A stretch of DNA of 64,000 bases, from contig JAGOUR010000003.1 in assembly GCA_018061145.1 (NCBI GenBank), positions 32,170-96,169 of the forward strand, read 5' to 3'. Numbering within the stretch: the first letter of the stretch is position 1; every line of letters starts with the position of its first letter. The notes under the pieces were generated by a model, which saw only the letters and a program-made list of their open reading frames with translations, was not told where the DNA came from and made no database searches. Shown here in pieces: positions 29,850 through 39,739 of the stretch. The DNA is from Minisyncoccota bacterium (GTDB taxonomy: Bacteria; Patescibacteriota; Minisyncoccia; Phycocordibacterales; UBA9973). Both the position numbers and the translations under genes were made by a program.

Positions 29850-30104
29850 ATGAGTAAAGACAATGTATATAGAGCATTTTCAAATGAGCAAAGATTGAAT
29901 TTGCTAAATTGCCTATCAAAGCCCCAAAATGTTGGTGATCTGATGGGACACTGTACTCTGACCCAGTCTGCACTATCTCAGCATTTAAAAGTACTGAGGG
30001 ATGCGGGTGTGGTAAAGACTTGCAGAGATGGTAAAGAAGTCGTTTATTGTGTAAAGAGTAAAAAAATTACACAAATTACAAAATTATTATTAAATCTTAA
30101 ATAA
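29850..30104 (+). CDS. ArsR/SmtB-family HTH transcriptional regulator
   Basis: 84 aa; winged-helix pattern QRLNLLNCL...VGDLMGHCTLTQSALSQHLKVLRDAGVV. Confidence 0.65.
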   Translation: MSKDNVYRAFSNEQRLNLLNCLSKPQNVGDLMGHCTLTQSALSQHLKVLRDAGVVKTCRDGKEVVYCVKSKKITQITKLLLNLK

Positions 30105-30108
30105 ATAT

Positions 30109-30345
30109 ATGACAAAAAAAGTTATCGTGTATTCTACTCCTACATGTCCGTACTGTGTGTATGCTAAAAAGTTTTTCAAGGAAAAGGGTATAGAGTTTGA
30201 AGATGTAGATGTATCAAAAGATCGCAATCGTGCTATGGAGATGGTAGACAAGAGCGGTCAGATGGGTGTACCTGTGGTTGATATTGGTGGTGTTATCACA
30301 GTAGGATTCCAGCCGGAAGTATTTAATCAGTTGATTAATAGTTAA
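30109..30345 (+). CDS. Glutaredoxin-like protein (NrdH/YruB-type, CPYC active site)
   Basis: KVIVYSTPTCPYCVYAKKFF thioredoxin-fold N-terminus; 78 aa. Confidence 0.75.
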   Translation: MTKKVIVYSTPTCPYCVYAKKFFKEKGIEFEDVDVSKDRNRAMEMVDKSGQMGVPVVDIGGVITVGFQPEVFNQLINS

Positions 30346-30355
30346 TCATAATAAT

Positions 30356-31354
30356 ATGCAAATTAAAAAATATATTGCTCATATATCTATCGCTGCCATC
30401 TTCGTACTATTCATAATTTTTAGATTAAGTGGTGGTGATACAAAATTATCAGGTACTGAATTTGTAAATAGCTATAAAAACACTCCGAATTCTGTACTAG
30501 TTGATGTGCGTACTCCAGGGGAATTTGCAGAGGGGCACATAGACGGTGCGACAAATATTGATTTTGAAAATAAAAACTTCATAGATGAAGTTCAGAAATT
30601 AGACAAAGACGGGACGTATTTCGTATACTGTCGATCCGGAAATAGGTCTGGCCAAGCAATTTCAATAATGAAATCAAATGGTATAAAAAATATTTTTGAG
30701 CTAGATGGAGGTATTGTTTCAAATAAAGATGAATTATCTCTTACTATTTCTTCTGGTTCAGATTATGTTGTGGACCCTAGTGATATGCTAGATAGTAGAT
30801 CTATTGTCTCTGGAATTGCGGGAACAGATATTACAGATAAAGAGATAGCTGGTCTGATTCAAATGAGAGAAGAAGAAAAGCTTGCCCGGGATGTATATAC
30901 TACTCTAGGCGGCGTATGGGGATCAAAGATATTTTCAAATATTTCAGCCTCAGAGCAGACACATACTGATTCAGTAAAGATTCTTCTCCAGAGATATGGA
31001 ATCAAGGACCCCGTTACCAATGATTCTGTTGGAGTATTTACTTCCAAGTCCATGCAGGATCTATATGATGGATTTATTGAGAAAGGAAAGATTTCACTTG
31101 TTGATGCTCTTGTTGTAGGTGCGACAGTAGAAGACCTAGATATTAGAGATTTAGAAAATCTTAAAAAAGAGACTACTAAAGAAGATATAAAAATCACATA
31201 CAACAATCTCCAGAAAGGTTCTAGGAATCATTTGAGGGCTTTTGTAAAAAACATACAGTCAAATGGTGGTACATATTCACCTCAATATCTAAGTATTGCA
31301 GAATATAAATCAATCATTGATTCGCCTCAAGAAAAGGGAAGATCTATGCAATAA
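30356..31354 (+). CDS. Membrane-anchored rhodanese-domain sulfurtransferase with a C-terminal ferritin-like (DUF2202-like) domain
   Basis: N-terminal TM; rhodanese motifs VLVDVRTPGEFAEGHIDGA and the active-site loop YCRSGNRS; the C-terminal domain call is weak. Confidence 0.65.
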   Translation: MQIKKYIAHISIAAIFVLFIIFRLSGGDTKLSGTEFVNSYKNTPNSVLVDVRTPGEFAEGHIDGATNIDFENKNFIDEVQKLDKDGTYFVYCRSGNRSGQAISIMKSNGIKNIFELDGGIVSNKDELSLTISSGSDYVVDPSDMLDSRSIVSGIAGTDITDKEIAGLIQMREEEKLARDVYTTLGGVWGSKIFSNISASEQTHTDSVKILLQRYGIKDPVTNDSVGVFTSKSMQDLYDGFIEKGKISLVDALVVGATVEDLDIRDLENLKKETTKEDIKITYNNLQKGSRNHLRAFVKNIQSNGGTYSPQYLSIAEYKSIIDSPQEKGRSMQ

Positions 31355-31356
31355 TA

Positions 31357-31390
31357 AAAAAGACCTGAGGGAAACCTCGGGTCTTTTTCT
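31357..31390. terminator. Bidirectional terminator (AAAAAAGACCTGAGGGAAACCTCGGGTCTTTTTC)
   Basis: Hairpin with A-run and T-run; near-copy of the terminator at 32063-32098. Confidence 0.7.
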
Positions 31391-32017
31391 TTAGAGATAC
31401 ATGTCACCAATCTGAATCCAGTCCGTGGTTTTCCTTTTTGGGTCAATTTCAGGATGGTAATTGTGAGGATCAAATAAAAAAGATGGGACTGCTCCGCGCA
31501 TATCATTTACTTCATGTAGAGAGTCATCAAAAAATGCTATCTTGTACCCATCAATACTGTCCACATACTCTCTTTTTGTTACAATTTTAGTTTTCCCATC
31601 TGGGTCTACTCTTGATACGCAGTGGATGTGTTGCATAGCACCTCCTAAATGAGTGTCAATCATGTATTTAATAACATCAAAACCTGTAAATTGTCTTGCT
31701 GTTAGTGTATGCAGGATATACTTTTCTCTCAGGGCCCTGATAACTTGTGGGGCATTTTTCATCGGTTGTATGTCTTTGTGCCGTTCTAGGGACATAAGAT
31801 AATTTTCATTATACAACTTGTAAAACTGCCTCTTGGTGATAGATAGGTCTCCGGTATGCTTTTGGATTATCAATTCGATCTCACTTCCACGATTTACAAT
31901 TTCATTTAATTTAATGTCTGTGTTGTAGGTTTGATTGATAAATAAAAGGGTAGATGGTAATGTGTCAAAAGTCATCCCATCAAAATCAAAGAATAAATGT
32001 TCTTTTTTCATATGCAT
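31391..32017 (-). CDS. Hypothetical protein with a HAD-like motif I (FDFDGMTFDT)
   Basis: DxDG(T/M) N-terminal motif and a later FFDDS; otherwise unassigned. Confidence 0.35.
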   Translation of the reverse strand: MHMKKEHLFFDFDGMTFDTLPSTLLFINQTYNTDIKLNEIVNRGSEIELIIQKHTGDLSITKRQFYKLYNENYLMSLERHKDIQPMKNAPQVIRALREKYILHTLTARQFTGFDVIKYMIDTHLGGAMQHIHCVSRVDPDGKTKIVTKREYVDSIDGYKIAFFDDSLHEVNDMRGAVPSFLFDPHNYHPEIDPKRKTTDWIQIGDMYL

Positions 32018-32062
32018 TTTTGTTTTTTATAAGTTTACAATTTATAGGTATTTTGTCAAATA

Positions 32063-32098
32063 TAAAAAAGACCTGAGGGGAGCCTCAGGTTTTTTTAA
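32063..32098. terminator. Bidirectional terminator (AAAAAAGACCTGAGGGGAGCCTCAGGTTTTTTT)
   Basis: Hairpin with A and T runs. Confidence 0.7.
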
Positions 32099-33103
32099 TT
32101 AATTTATCTCGATATCTACATACAGTATCTCTGGGAATTTTTCACGGATTTTTTGCTCTATCTCGTCTATATGATTGCCGACTAGGCGGGGGATGCGGTC
32201 CGTTGTTCGGAACATTAGTTTTGTGAATTCTTTGAAGTCGTCTTTGATATTATCAAATTCTTCTTTTAGGTCTCCTGATCCGTAGATCTCTTCGTACAGT
32301 GGAGATCCATTCCACTCCACTGTCGCATAGATTCTATACTTGCTAGTGTCTACTGCTACAGATTTGAAATCTGTAATATTTTCTATGCATGGGTCTTGTT
32401 GTAGGAATTCTATGATTTCTTCTTGGACTTCTGCTTTGAGAGGCTTGCCTATGATGTACTGATAATTCTTTGTTATCAGTACTATGGCTAGGATTCCTAG
32501 TATGAGTCCGACGATGATACCTCCGATTCCGTCATATATATGATTGCCTGTAGTGTACAGCAAAAACTGTGAAAGTAATGCGATGAGTACACCGAGTACT
32601 GCTGCTCCATCCTCGTATACTACGGCTAGTGTCACAGGGTCTGCATCTTCAAATATTTTTTTAGAAAGTTTTCTTCCACCTTTCAATTCTCGGATAGCTA
32701 CAATAAGAGTGAATCCCTCGATAACAAAAGCGATGATCAATACTACTATACTGATGTAGTTAAATGAAGTCGTATTTCCTCCGTGCCCTAGTAGGGAATC
32801 GATAGAGTGGTATATAGTCACACCCGCACCGATGAACAATATTCCGCATGCAGATATCAGTGACCAGAAAAATCTCTCTATCCCATATCCATATCCTCGT
32901 ATGTGGTCGGCTGGTTTTTGTGATCTTTTTAGTCCTATGAGAAGGAGGGATTGATTCAATGTGTCAGCGATACTGTGCACACTCTCGGCAAACATACTGG
33001 CTGATCCAGTTATTACGGCTACTATTGTCTTTATTATCGCTACTATTGTATTACCTGCTAGTGCTGTGATGACTGAGGTTGACCCATGTGTCTTTGTTTT
33101 CAT
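32099..33103 (-). CDS. Cation diffusion facilitator (CDF) family metal efflux transporter
   Basis: 6 TM helices with the HSIADTLNQ motif in TM2 and a C-terminal cytoplasmic domain; 334 aa. Confidence 0.7.
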   Translation of the reverse strand: MKTKTHGSTSVITALAGNTIVAIIKTIVAVITGSASMFAESVHSIADTLNQSLLLIGLKRSQKPADHIRGYGYGIERFFWSLISACGILFIGAGVTIYHSIDSLLGHGGNTTSFNYISIVVLIIAFVIEGFTLIVAIRELKGGRKLSKKIFEDADPVTLAVVYEDGAAVLGVLIALLSQFLLYTTGNHIYDGIGGIIVGLILGILAIVLITKNYQYIIGKPLKAEVQEEIIEFLQQDPCIENITDFKSVAVDTSKYRIYATVEWNGSPLYEEIYGSGDLKEEFDNIKDDFKEFTKLMFRTTDRIPRLVGNHIDEIEQKIREKFPEILYVDIEIN

Positions 33104-33163
33104 AAGGGGTATTATACCATTTTTATTTATAAATATTCGCCTTTTTAGTGTTTCTGTATTATA

Positions 33164-33928
33164 GTGTCATATATGGCAAAGCAAGAAAAAATCTATATTT
33201 ATGGCAAGCACGCATTGGTAGAGGCGCTGACAAATAGCCCTCAATCCGTCAAAAAGGTATTCCTAGCTCGTGAAGACGACAAAGAGCTCGTGTATCTGAT
33301 CAAAAAAGCAGGAATCACTATATCTCAGCTAGGTAAAGGCGAGGGTGTGGGTGATGTGTCGAATGATAGCAAGCACCAAGGTGTGATCGGACTATTGTCT
33401 TTAGACAGGATTATCCGTCCTTATGAAAAGTTCATGAATGAGCTAGTTGTCACTCCAAATACTTCTATTGTGATATTGGGTGAATTAGAGGATCCTCAGA
33501 ATGTAGGATCTATCATCCGTACTGCAGCAGCTATGGGTGTAGCCGGAGTATTTATCCCAGAGCACAATCAGGCCCCGATCACTGGCGCAGTGGTCAAAGT
33601 ATCTGCAGGGATGGTATTCCGAGTGCCAGTAGTACAGATTGGTAATATCAACAATGTGATACGTGATCTAAAAGAAAAAGGTTTTTGGGTATACGGGCTC
33701 GACGGTGAATCAAAGCAGTCTATTAATGAAGAAAATTTTGATACTCCTACAGCATTTATCATAGGGAATGAAGCTCGAGGTATCCGGGAAAAGACTCGTG
33801 AGCTGTGCGACATCATGCTCCGCATCCCGATGCATCCTCAGTGCGAATCGATGAATGCCGCAGTCTCTACTGCTATCGCACTATATGCATGGAGCGCAAA
33901 ACACCCAGATTCTGTAAAAATAATATAA
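33164..33928 (+). CDS. rlmB: TrmH/SpoU-family rRNA 2'-O-methyltransferase (RlmB-like)
   Basis: N-terminal substrate-binding domain (YIYGKHALVEAL) and SPOUT motifs (GNEARGI, IPMHPQCESMNAAVSTAIALY). Confidence 0.8.
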   Translation: MSYMAKQEKIYIYGKHALVEALTNSPQSVKKVFLAREDDKELVYLIKKAGITISQLGKGEGVGDVSNDSKHQGVIGLLSLDRIIRPYEKFMNELVVTPNTSIVILGELEDPQNVGSIIRTAAAMGVAGVFIPEHNQAPITGAVVKVSAGMVFRVPVVQIGNINNVIRDLKEKGFWVYGLDGESKQSINEENFDTPTAFIIGNEARGIREKTRELCDIMLRIPMHPQCESMNAAVSTAIALYAWSAKHPDSVKII

Positions 33929-33990
33929 TTTTAAAAAGCCCCATATCGGGGCTTTTTAAATATTTATTTTGCTAGTATACTACCATCTAT

Positions 33991-34911
33991 ATGAATAAAA
34001 TGGGAATTAAAAATTGGGGACCGGTATTTATAATTATCGCTGCACTCTTGTGGGCTTTTGATGGTGTCATTCGAAGATCTCTGTATAGTCTACCACCTAT
34101 AACTATAATATTTTTTGAACATATAATAGGCCTAGTCATACTGCTACCTTTTGTTTGGAAGAAAATTATTTTAGAAAAAATTGATAGGCGTAGTTTCTGG
34201 TTGCTATTGCTCGTCGCTATACTCAGTGGACTACTCGGTACTCTATGGTTCACTACTGCATTACTAAAAGTGCATTTCATTTCTTTTTCTGTTGTTTTCT
34301 TGTTGCAAAAGATTCAGCCTATTTTTGCTATAACTAGTTCATCTATTCTGCTGAAAGAAAAATTTGAAAAGTCATATATAAAGTGGGCTGTCATCGCTAT
34401 CATCGCAGCATTTTTTGTGACATTTAAAGATGGCTATGTGAACCTAGCGACGGGGGGAGATACTGTTGTCGCCGCACTCTATGCGGTGGGAGCAGCATTT
34501 GCTTGGGGTACATCAACTACATTCTCCAAGATGATCCTCACAAAGATTTCTCATGAAGTGACTACTTTTTATAGATTCCTATTTACTGGTGTCATCTCTT
34601 TAGTTGTACTTTTGGTCCTTGGATATGGAGGTTCATTATTTCTACCGACCCTGAATCAGTTCGGCTTGTTTGGCTTGATTGCTGTGTCTACTGGGATGGT
34701 TGCCCTGGTTATCTACTACAAGGGGCTGTCTATGACAAAAGTCCACATCGCTACAATTTTGGAACTGACATTCCCATTTGTGGCTATACTCATAGATATG
34801 AAGCTATATAATAACTTTTTGTCCGTATCTCAGTTAATCGCTGCTTTTATTCTTTGTTTTTCTATATATAAAATCGCCCGGATTAATCAATCTGTCCAGA
34901 TTACAAATTAA
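33991..34911 (+). CDS. EamA-like (DMT superfamily) transporter
   Basis: 10 predicted TM helices in two repeated halves; 306 aa. Confidence 0.55.
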   Translation: MNKMGIKNWGPVFIIIAALLWAFDGVIRRSLYSLPPITIIFFEHIIGLVILLPFVWKKIILEKIDRRSFWLLLLVAILSGLLGTLWFTTALLKVHFISFSVVFLLQKIQPIFAITSSSILLKEKFEKSYIKWAVIAIIAAFFVTFKDGYVNLATGGDTVVAALYAVGAAFAWGTSTTFSKMILTKISHEVTTFYRFLFTGVISLVVLLVLGYGGSLFLPTLNQFGLFGLIAVSTGMVALVIYYKGLSMTKVHIATILELTFPFVAILIDMKLYNNFLSVSQLIAAFILCFSIYKIARINQSVQITN

Positions 34912-34934
34912 TCTAAATAGTGTAAAATATTTAA

Positions 34935-35306
34935 ATGGTATTTCAATCAAAACATGTAAAAGGTATTGGTCGTGGAAAAAATCTAGGGTTTCCTACAATC
35001 AATTTATCAATTCCTGAGGATCTAATGTTAGAAGATGGTATTTATGCTGCGTGGATAGATATCGGTGGTAGGGCATACAAGGGGGCATTACACTTTGGTC
35101 CGGTCCCTACTTTTGGGGAAAAAGAATCTCAGCTCGAAGTGCACCTGATAGATGTTACCGATGATAATTTCCCAAATACAGATGGTGTAGATATAGAAGT
35201 AGACATAGTAGAACATATAAGAGATATACAGAGATTTGATGAGACGGTAGATTTGATTGAACAAATAGCTCGTGATGTAGAAAAAGTAAATAAAATTTTG
35301 AAATAA
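34935..35306 (+). CDS. Riboflavin kinase (monofunctional, RibF C-terminal-domain type)
   Basis: GIGRGKNLGFPTINL ... GIYAAW ... EVHLID motifs. Confidence 0.7.
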   Translation: MVFQSKHVKGIGRGKNLGFPTINLSIPEDLMLEDGIYAAWIDIGGRAYKGALHFGPVPTFGEKESQLEVHLIDVTDDNFPNTDGVDIEVDIVEHIRDIQRFDETVDLIEQIARDVEKVNKILK

Positions 35307-35312
35307 TTTTTT

Positions 35313-35924
35313 ATGGACACATTAAGAGAAAAAGAAATAGTTTTGGTTCAGATATTTTATCTGTTTCTCTTGCCTGTATTTTTATTGTATTTTAATATTA
35401 TTCCTGGTAGCTATCGTTTCCTGGTTTTATTTTTTGTGGCTATTATGCTCCTCGGTGTTATACATAGAGCGGCTTGGACATATGAAGACATAGGTTTTAA
35501 AAAAGACTGGTGGGCAGACTGGAAATACTACTTACTCTTTACTTTTGGTGCAATTTTTTTCTTGTTGTGGCTCGAGACTCTAGTCCCTCATAACCCGATG
35601 CTTGATTGGTATGAAAACAAGAAATTCTTATTGCTATTTGCTCCTATTAGTATTCTCCAAGAGATAATTTTCCGTGGTGTCTTGATCAAGATGTTATTAA
35701 AAGCTTTTGATGATATAAAGATAGTGATATTCATAAATGCCTTAGTCTTTGCCTTGATCCATGTGATATATGCAAATGCAGTATTTGTATTGCCTCTGAC
35801 TTTTATGGCAGGAATAGGTTTTGCCTGGATGTATGTATACAAGCCGAATATAATACTTATATCTATTAGTCATACTATATTGAATTTTATAGCTATGGTT
35901 CTAGGGTTTTTCATTATTAGATAA
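35313..35924 (+). CDS. CPBP-family intramembrane metalloprotease (CAAX protease homologue)
   Basis: EEIIFRG motif 1 and FALIH motif. Confidence 0.7.
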   Translation: MDTLREKEIVLVQIFYLFLLPVFLLYFNIIPGSYRFLVLFFVAIMLLGVIHRAAWTYEDIGFKKDWWADWKYYLLFTFGAIFFLLWLETLVPHNPMLDWYENKKFLLLFAPISILQEIIFRGVLIKMLLKAFDDIKIVIFINALVFALIHVIYANAVFVLPLTFMAGIGFAWMYVYKPNIILISISHTILNFIAMVLGFFIIR

Positions 35925-35929
35925 TTTCA

Positions 35930-37207
35930 TTGATTGTGCAAAAAATTAATTTTCAAAAAATAAATAAGATTATAAGTCGCAAAATACGCAAAACTGTTGC
36001 GGTGAGTTTTTTGACCACAGTAGCTACACTCTTGGTTTTTTGTTTGGTTATTTTTTTGAATAAAAATAAAATTATTGATTTTATTTTGACTGATCAGGAT
36101 AATCAGGCTGTCTCTGTTTACTCAAATATACCAGAGCCTGTATTGGATACTGAGCCTACTCCTGTCGCATCGCAACAGGTAAAGAATCCGACTGTCGTAG
36201 ACGTAGTTCGCAAATCAAATGTAGCTGTAGTCTCTATCGTGGGAATGAAAGATGTCCCTAAATATGATGTAGTTTACAATGACACCAATGTTTTTGGTGG
36301 AATATTTAGAACCCCTACTTATGTCCAGAACGGTACGGAGAAGAAAAAGACTGGTAGTGGGACCGGCTTCCTCATATCTTCTGATGGATATATAGTCACA
36401 AATAAGCATGTAGTATCTGATACTAGTGCTTCATATAGTGTCACTCTGAATAATAGCAAGGTGTATGATGCGACGGTTCTCGCACGGGATGATGTGCTAG
36501 ACGTAGCAATATTAAAAGTATCTTCAACGGATAAATTCTCATATTTGCAATTAGGGGATTCAGATAGTATCGAAGTGGGGCAGAGTGTAGTAGCTATAGG
36601 TAATGCTCTGGGTCAATTCAAAAATACTGTATCTGTGGGTGTGGTGTCTGGATTGTCTAGGTCTGTAACTGCATCGACTGGCGGGGGCGGATCTGAAAAA
36701 TTAAGTAAAGTGATTCAGACTGATGCAGCTATCAATCCTGGGAATTCTGGTGGCCCACTACTCGATATAAATTCAAATGTTATCGGAGTGAATGTTGCTG
36801 TTGTTTCTGGGTCTGAGAATATTGGGTTTGCTCTACCTATCAATAGTATAAAAAGTGTTATTGATTCAGTAAGAAAGACGGGTTCTATATCTAGGCCATA
36901 TGTAGGAGTAAGATACGTCACGATAAATCCAGAGATTAAAAAGAGCAAGGGTCTGACTGTGGACTATGGTGTGTGGATTACAAAAGGATCCAAGGGGGAA
37001 CCAGCTATTGTGCCAAATTCTCCAGCTGAGAAAGCCGGCATCAAAGAGGGTGATGTCATCCTGGAAATAGACGGTCAAAAGATAGATGAAGAAGGAGATT
37101 TTACTTTTCTGATTAGAGATAAAAATGTAGGTGACTACGTAGAATTAAAAGTATTGTCCGGCAACATAATCAGACTAATAACTATTAAACTAGAAAAAGT
37201 TTCTTAA
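35930..37207 (+). CDS. htrA: HtrA/DegP-family serine protease with a C-terminal PDZ domain
   Basis: Catalytic His (VTNKHVV), Asp, and Ser in GNSGGPL; PDZ at the C-terminus; N-terminal TM anchor; terminator at about 37212-37245. Confidence 0.9.
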   Translation: MIVQKINFQKINKIISRKIRKTVAVSFLTTVATLLVFCLVIFLNKNKIIDFILTDQDNQAVSVYSNIPEPVLDTEPTPVASQQVKNPTVVDVVRKSNVAVVSIVGMKDVPKYDVVYNDTNVFGGIFRTPTYVQNGTEKKKTGSGTGFLISSDGYIVTNKHVVSDTSASYSVTLNNSKVYDATVLARDDVLDVAILKVSSTDKFSYLQLGDSDSIEVGQSVVAIGNALGQFKNTVSVGVVSGLSRSVTASTGGGGSEKLSKVIQTDAAINPGNSGGPLLDINSNVIGVNVAVVSGSENIGFALPINSIKSVIDSVRKTGSISRPYVGVRYVTINPEIKKSKGLTVDYGVWITKGSKGEPAIVPNSPAEKAGIKEGDVILEIDGQKIDEEGDFTFLIRDKNVGDYVELKVLSGNIIRLITIKLEKVS

Positions 37208-37293
37208 TAATAAAAAAACAATGGATTTATGATCCATTGTTTTTTTATTATTTTGTGGTAATATCACAAAAAACCCATTTTAATTTAATACGT

Positions 37294-37920
37294 ATGAAAA
37301 AACTTAGAATTGCCATTTTGTTTACTGGCGGCGGCAGCTCCGGTGTATTTCTGTCTGAGAAAGACCCGAATTGTAATAAAAATTATGAATTCGTTTGTGC
37401 TGTGTCGAGTGCTGAGGGTGCCAGTGGTATTTCGTATTTTCAAAAAATAGGAATACCTTGTATTGTAAAAGATTGGAAAAAATTTCGCACAGATCTTTCA
37501 TCAAAAGAAAAACGAGCCCAGTATTTTTTTGGAATTGAAACAATACTGGATACCTATCAGGTTGACTTGGTATTGCTCGCTGGATTTATGTTGATTATTC
37601 CTAATTCTTTTATTGATACTTATCATAAGAAAATTGTGAATGTTCACCCAGCAGATTTAAGGATATTGGGTGATGACAAAAAACCAAAGTACAGAGGCGA
37701 CAATGCTGTGGTGGGTGCCTTTATGGATGGCCAGTCTGAATTCTGTTCCACTATACATTATGTGGATCCCGGTGATTATGACTGCGGGGAGATAATCTGT
37801 GTATCTGATCCTTACAAGCCAGGTGATGTAAACGACCCTGTACTTATTCAGGGAAACATGAAAACACTTTGTGATGGACCGGCTTATCAAAAAGCCCTTG
37901 AAATCCTCTGTGGTAAGTAA
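37294..37920 (+). CDS. Formyltransferase-family protein (PurN / GAR-transformylase-like); start at the internal ATG
   Basis: LRIAILFTGGGS, LAGFM, NVHPADL (cf. NIHPSLLP), STIHYV motifs. Confidence 0.5.
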   Translation: MKKLRIAILFTGGGSSGVFLSEKDPNCNKNYEFVCAVSSAEGASGISYFQKIGIPCIVKDWKKFRTDLSSKEKRAQYFFGIETILDTYQVDLVLLAGFMLIIPNSFIDTYHKKIVNVHPADLRILGDDKKPKYRGDNAVVGAFMDGQSEFCSTIHYVDPGDYDCGEIICVSDPYKPGDVNDPVLIQGNMKTLCDGPAYQKALEILCGK

Positions 37921-37977
37921 TTTTCTAAACCGAAATAAAGAGCCTTTAGTCGTAAGATTAAGGGCTCTTTTGTTATC

Positions 37978-38343
37978 TTGGCTTTTATGGATAAAAGGCA
38001 TATAATCTTATACATGGTAGACCTGAAGGAATTACAAAAGGAAGTGATGAGGAATAAGGTTGAGAAAGGTTTTAATACTACCGATATGGCCTTGGATTTT
38101 TGTCGTGCACATGAGGAGCTCTCTGAAGCATTTTCTAAATTCAATAAAAATCAAGACGGAGTAGCAGAGGAGCTTGCTGATGTGATGATATTCATACTCG
38201 GTATGTGTGAGATTCTGGGCTATGATTTGGAAAAAGAGTTAGTCAGAAAGATTGAGGTTAATAAACACAGAAAATATATTAAGACAAAATCTCCAGATGG
38301 CAAGGATATATTCATTAGAGAAAAAACAGATATTGATCCATAA
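37978..38343 (+). CDS. MazG-like nucleoside-triphosphate pyrophosphohydrolase (small all-alpha type)
   Basis: EELSEAFSK ... EELADVMIFILGMCEILGYDLE motif pair; 121 aa; bidirectional terminator at about 38346-38385. Confidence 0.55.
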   Translation: MAFMDKRHIILYMVDLKELQKEVMRNKVEKGFNTTDMALDFCRAHEELSEAFSKFNKNQDGVAEELADVMIFILGMCEILGYDLEKELVRKIEVNKHRKYIKTKSPDGKDIFIREKTDIDP

Positions 38344-38376
38344 AATAAAATACCCCCGACGAATGTCGGGGGTATT

Positions 38377-38874
38377 TTATTTTCTTTCGTAAATTGCAAA
38401 ATCTAGATTGTAGATATTTTCATCATCTGCCTCGAAATGCTCATTCTTTATTTTGCCCCATATGCTCTCATCTATAGTAGGGAAGTGTATCTCTGCCTCT
38501 TTATCTTCCATGTCGACATGGGTGATATATAATCTGTCTGCTTTTTCTATCATGATCTTGTATATCTGACCACCACCGATTATAAATATCTCTTCATCAA
38601 TAGTTGCTGTATTTTTTAGTAGCTCTTCTAAGTCATCTATGGAGTACACTATCTCCACTCCCTCTGGGTGGAATGCTTCATCTTTTGTCAGTACGATATT
38701 TCTGCGCCTAGGTAGTGGGCGACCTAGGGATTCAAAAGTCTTTTGGCCCATGACGATGGTCCGTCCACTGGTAGTCTCGCGGAAATGCTTCATATCACGA
38801 GGCAGGTCCCACAGCAGGGTATTTGCCTTGCCTAATTCATTATTGCGACCTATGGCTGCGATGAGTGATATCAT
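38377..38874 (-). CDS. folA: Dihydrofolate reductase
   Basis: MISLIAAIGRNNELG ... LPW ... TIVMGQKTFESLGRPLPRRRNIVLT; 165 aa. Confidence 0.9.
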   Translation of the reverse strand: MISLIAAIGRNNELGKANTLLWDLPRDMKHFRETTSGRTIVMGQKTFESLGRPLPRRRNIVLTKDEAFHPEGVEIVYSIDDLEELLKNTATIDEEIFIIGGGQIYKIMIEKADRLYITHVDMEDKEAEIHFPTIDESIWGKIKNEHFEADDENIYNLDFAIYERK

Positions 38875-38875
38875 T

Positions 38876-39709
38876 TTATAAAACTATATCCAATCCAGAT
38901 ATAGGAGCTAGTGGTTGATAATTTTTTGAAAATTCTGCAAACATTTCTTCTATTAGTGATTCGTCTTTTCCTCTTGATCTCTTTATCGCATCTTTTGGGA
39001 TCTGAATAGAAATATTTTGATGGTCGTTTACTCTACTCATTATCTCTTTTGCACCTTCGTAGTGATTGTCGTATATGTGGGCATTGGCTATGCTGTGAGT
39101 ATATATCCCAGGTTTTACACCTAGGTGCTCTGCTATCATGCACTGCAGTAATGCAAAACCAAAAGTATCAAAAGGTGTACCTAGCATGATGTCATTTGAT
39201 CTGATTATGTTATGCATATGCAATCTGCCACCAATAATATTTATAGTAAAAGCATAAGGGCAGGGTACATTCTTTTTTGGTGTACCACCGTATCCATCAT
39301 CTGCGGGATCCCATGTGATGACTACTCCGTGGCGTGAGCTCGGATCTTTTTCTAGTAGCTCTATGGCTTTACCTAGCTGGTCACGTCCAAAGTGGTGCTT
39401 CCATCTCCATCCATATGCAGAAGATAGTGTGCCATCTTCTTCTAAGAAAAGATCCCACATCTTTGTGAACTTGCGTAGAAATGTAGCATCCTTGTCTCCC
39501 TGTAGGAACCATACTTGTTCTGCTATTGGAGATTTTAGTGGTTGCTTGCGGAGAGTAAGCAAAGGGAAACCATCTTTTTCTATATCAATCTGAAAAGTTA
39601 CCCCAGGGAGGGCCTTTGTCTTGTGTCCAGTGCGAACATTCAATTCCTCGATTCCTTCATCCATGATTTTTCTGACTATATCTTGGTATATTGTGTCGAA
39701 TGTTGTCAT
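38876..39709 (-). CDS. thyA: Thymidylate-synthase (ThyA) family enzyme with Asp at the Asn177-equivalent specificity position and Asn at the Asp218-equivalent folate-contact position (E. coli numbering); substrate possibly not dUMP
   Basis: VRTGHKT, GFPLLTLRK, WFLQGD, AYGWRW, PC(P)YAF catalytic Cys, IIRSNDIMLGTPFD, AHIYDNH; aligned by eye against E. coli ThyA. Confidence 0.8.
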   Translation of the reverse strand: MTTFDTIYQDIVRKIMDEGIEELNVRTGHKTKALPGVTFQIDIEKDGFPLLTLRKQPLKSPIAEQVWFLQGDKDATFLRKFTKMWDLFLEEDGTLSSAYGWRWKHHFGRDQLGKAIELLEKDPSSRHGVVITWDPADDGYGGTPKKNVPCPYAFTINIIGGRLHMHNIIRSNDIMLGTPFDTFGFALLQCMIAEHLGVKPGIYTHSIANAHIYDNHYEGAKEIMSRVNDHQNISIQIPKDAIKRSRGKDESLIEEMFAEFSKNYQPLAPISGLDIVL

Positions 39710-39739
39710 ATTTTTGATTATACAATAGAATGTAAATAT

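Noticed and set aside
39542-39739. First 66 codons of the ORF 39542..40237
   Set aside because: It overlaps thyA on the opposite strand; the deaminase homology begins at the internal Met (39740).
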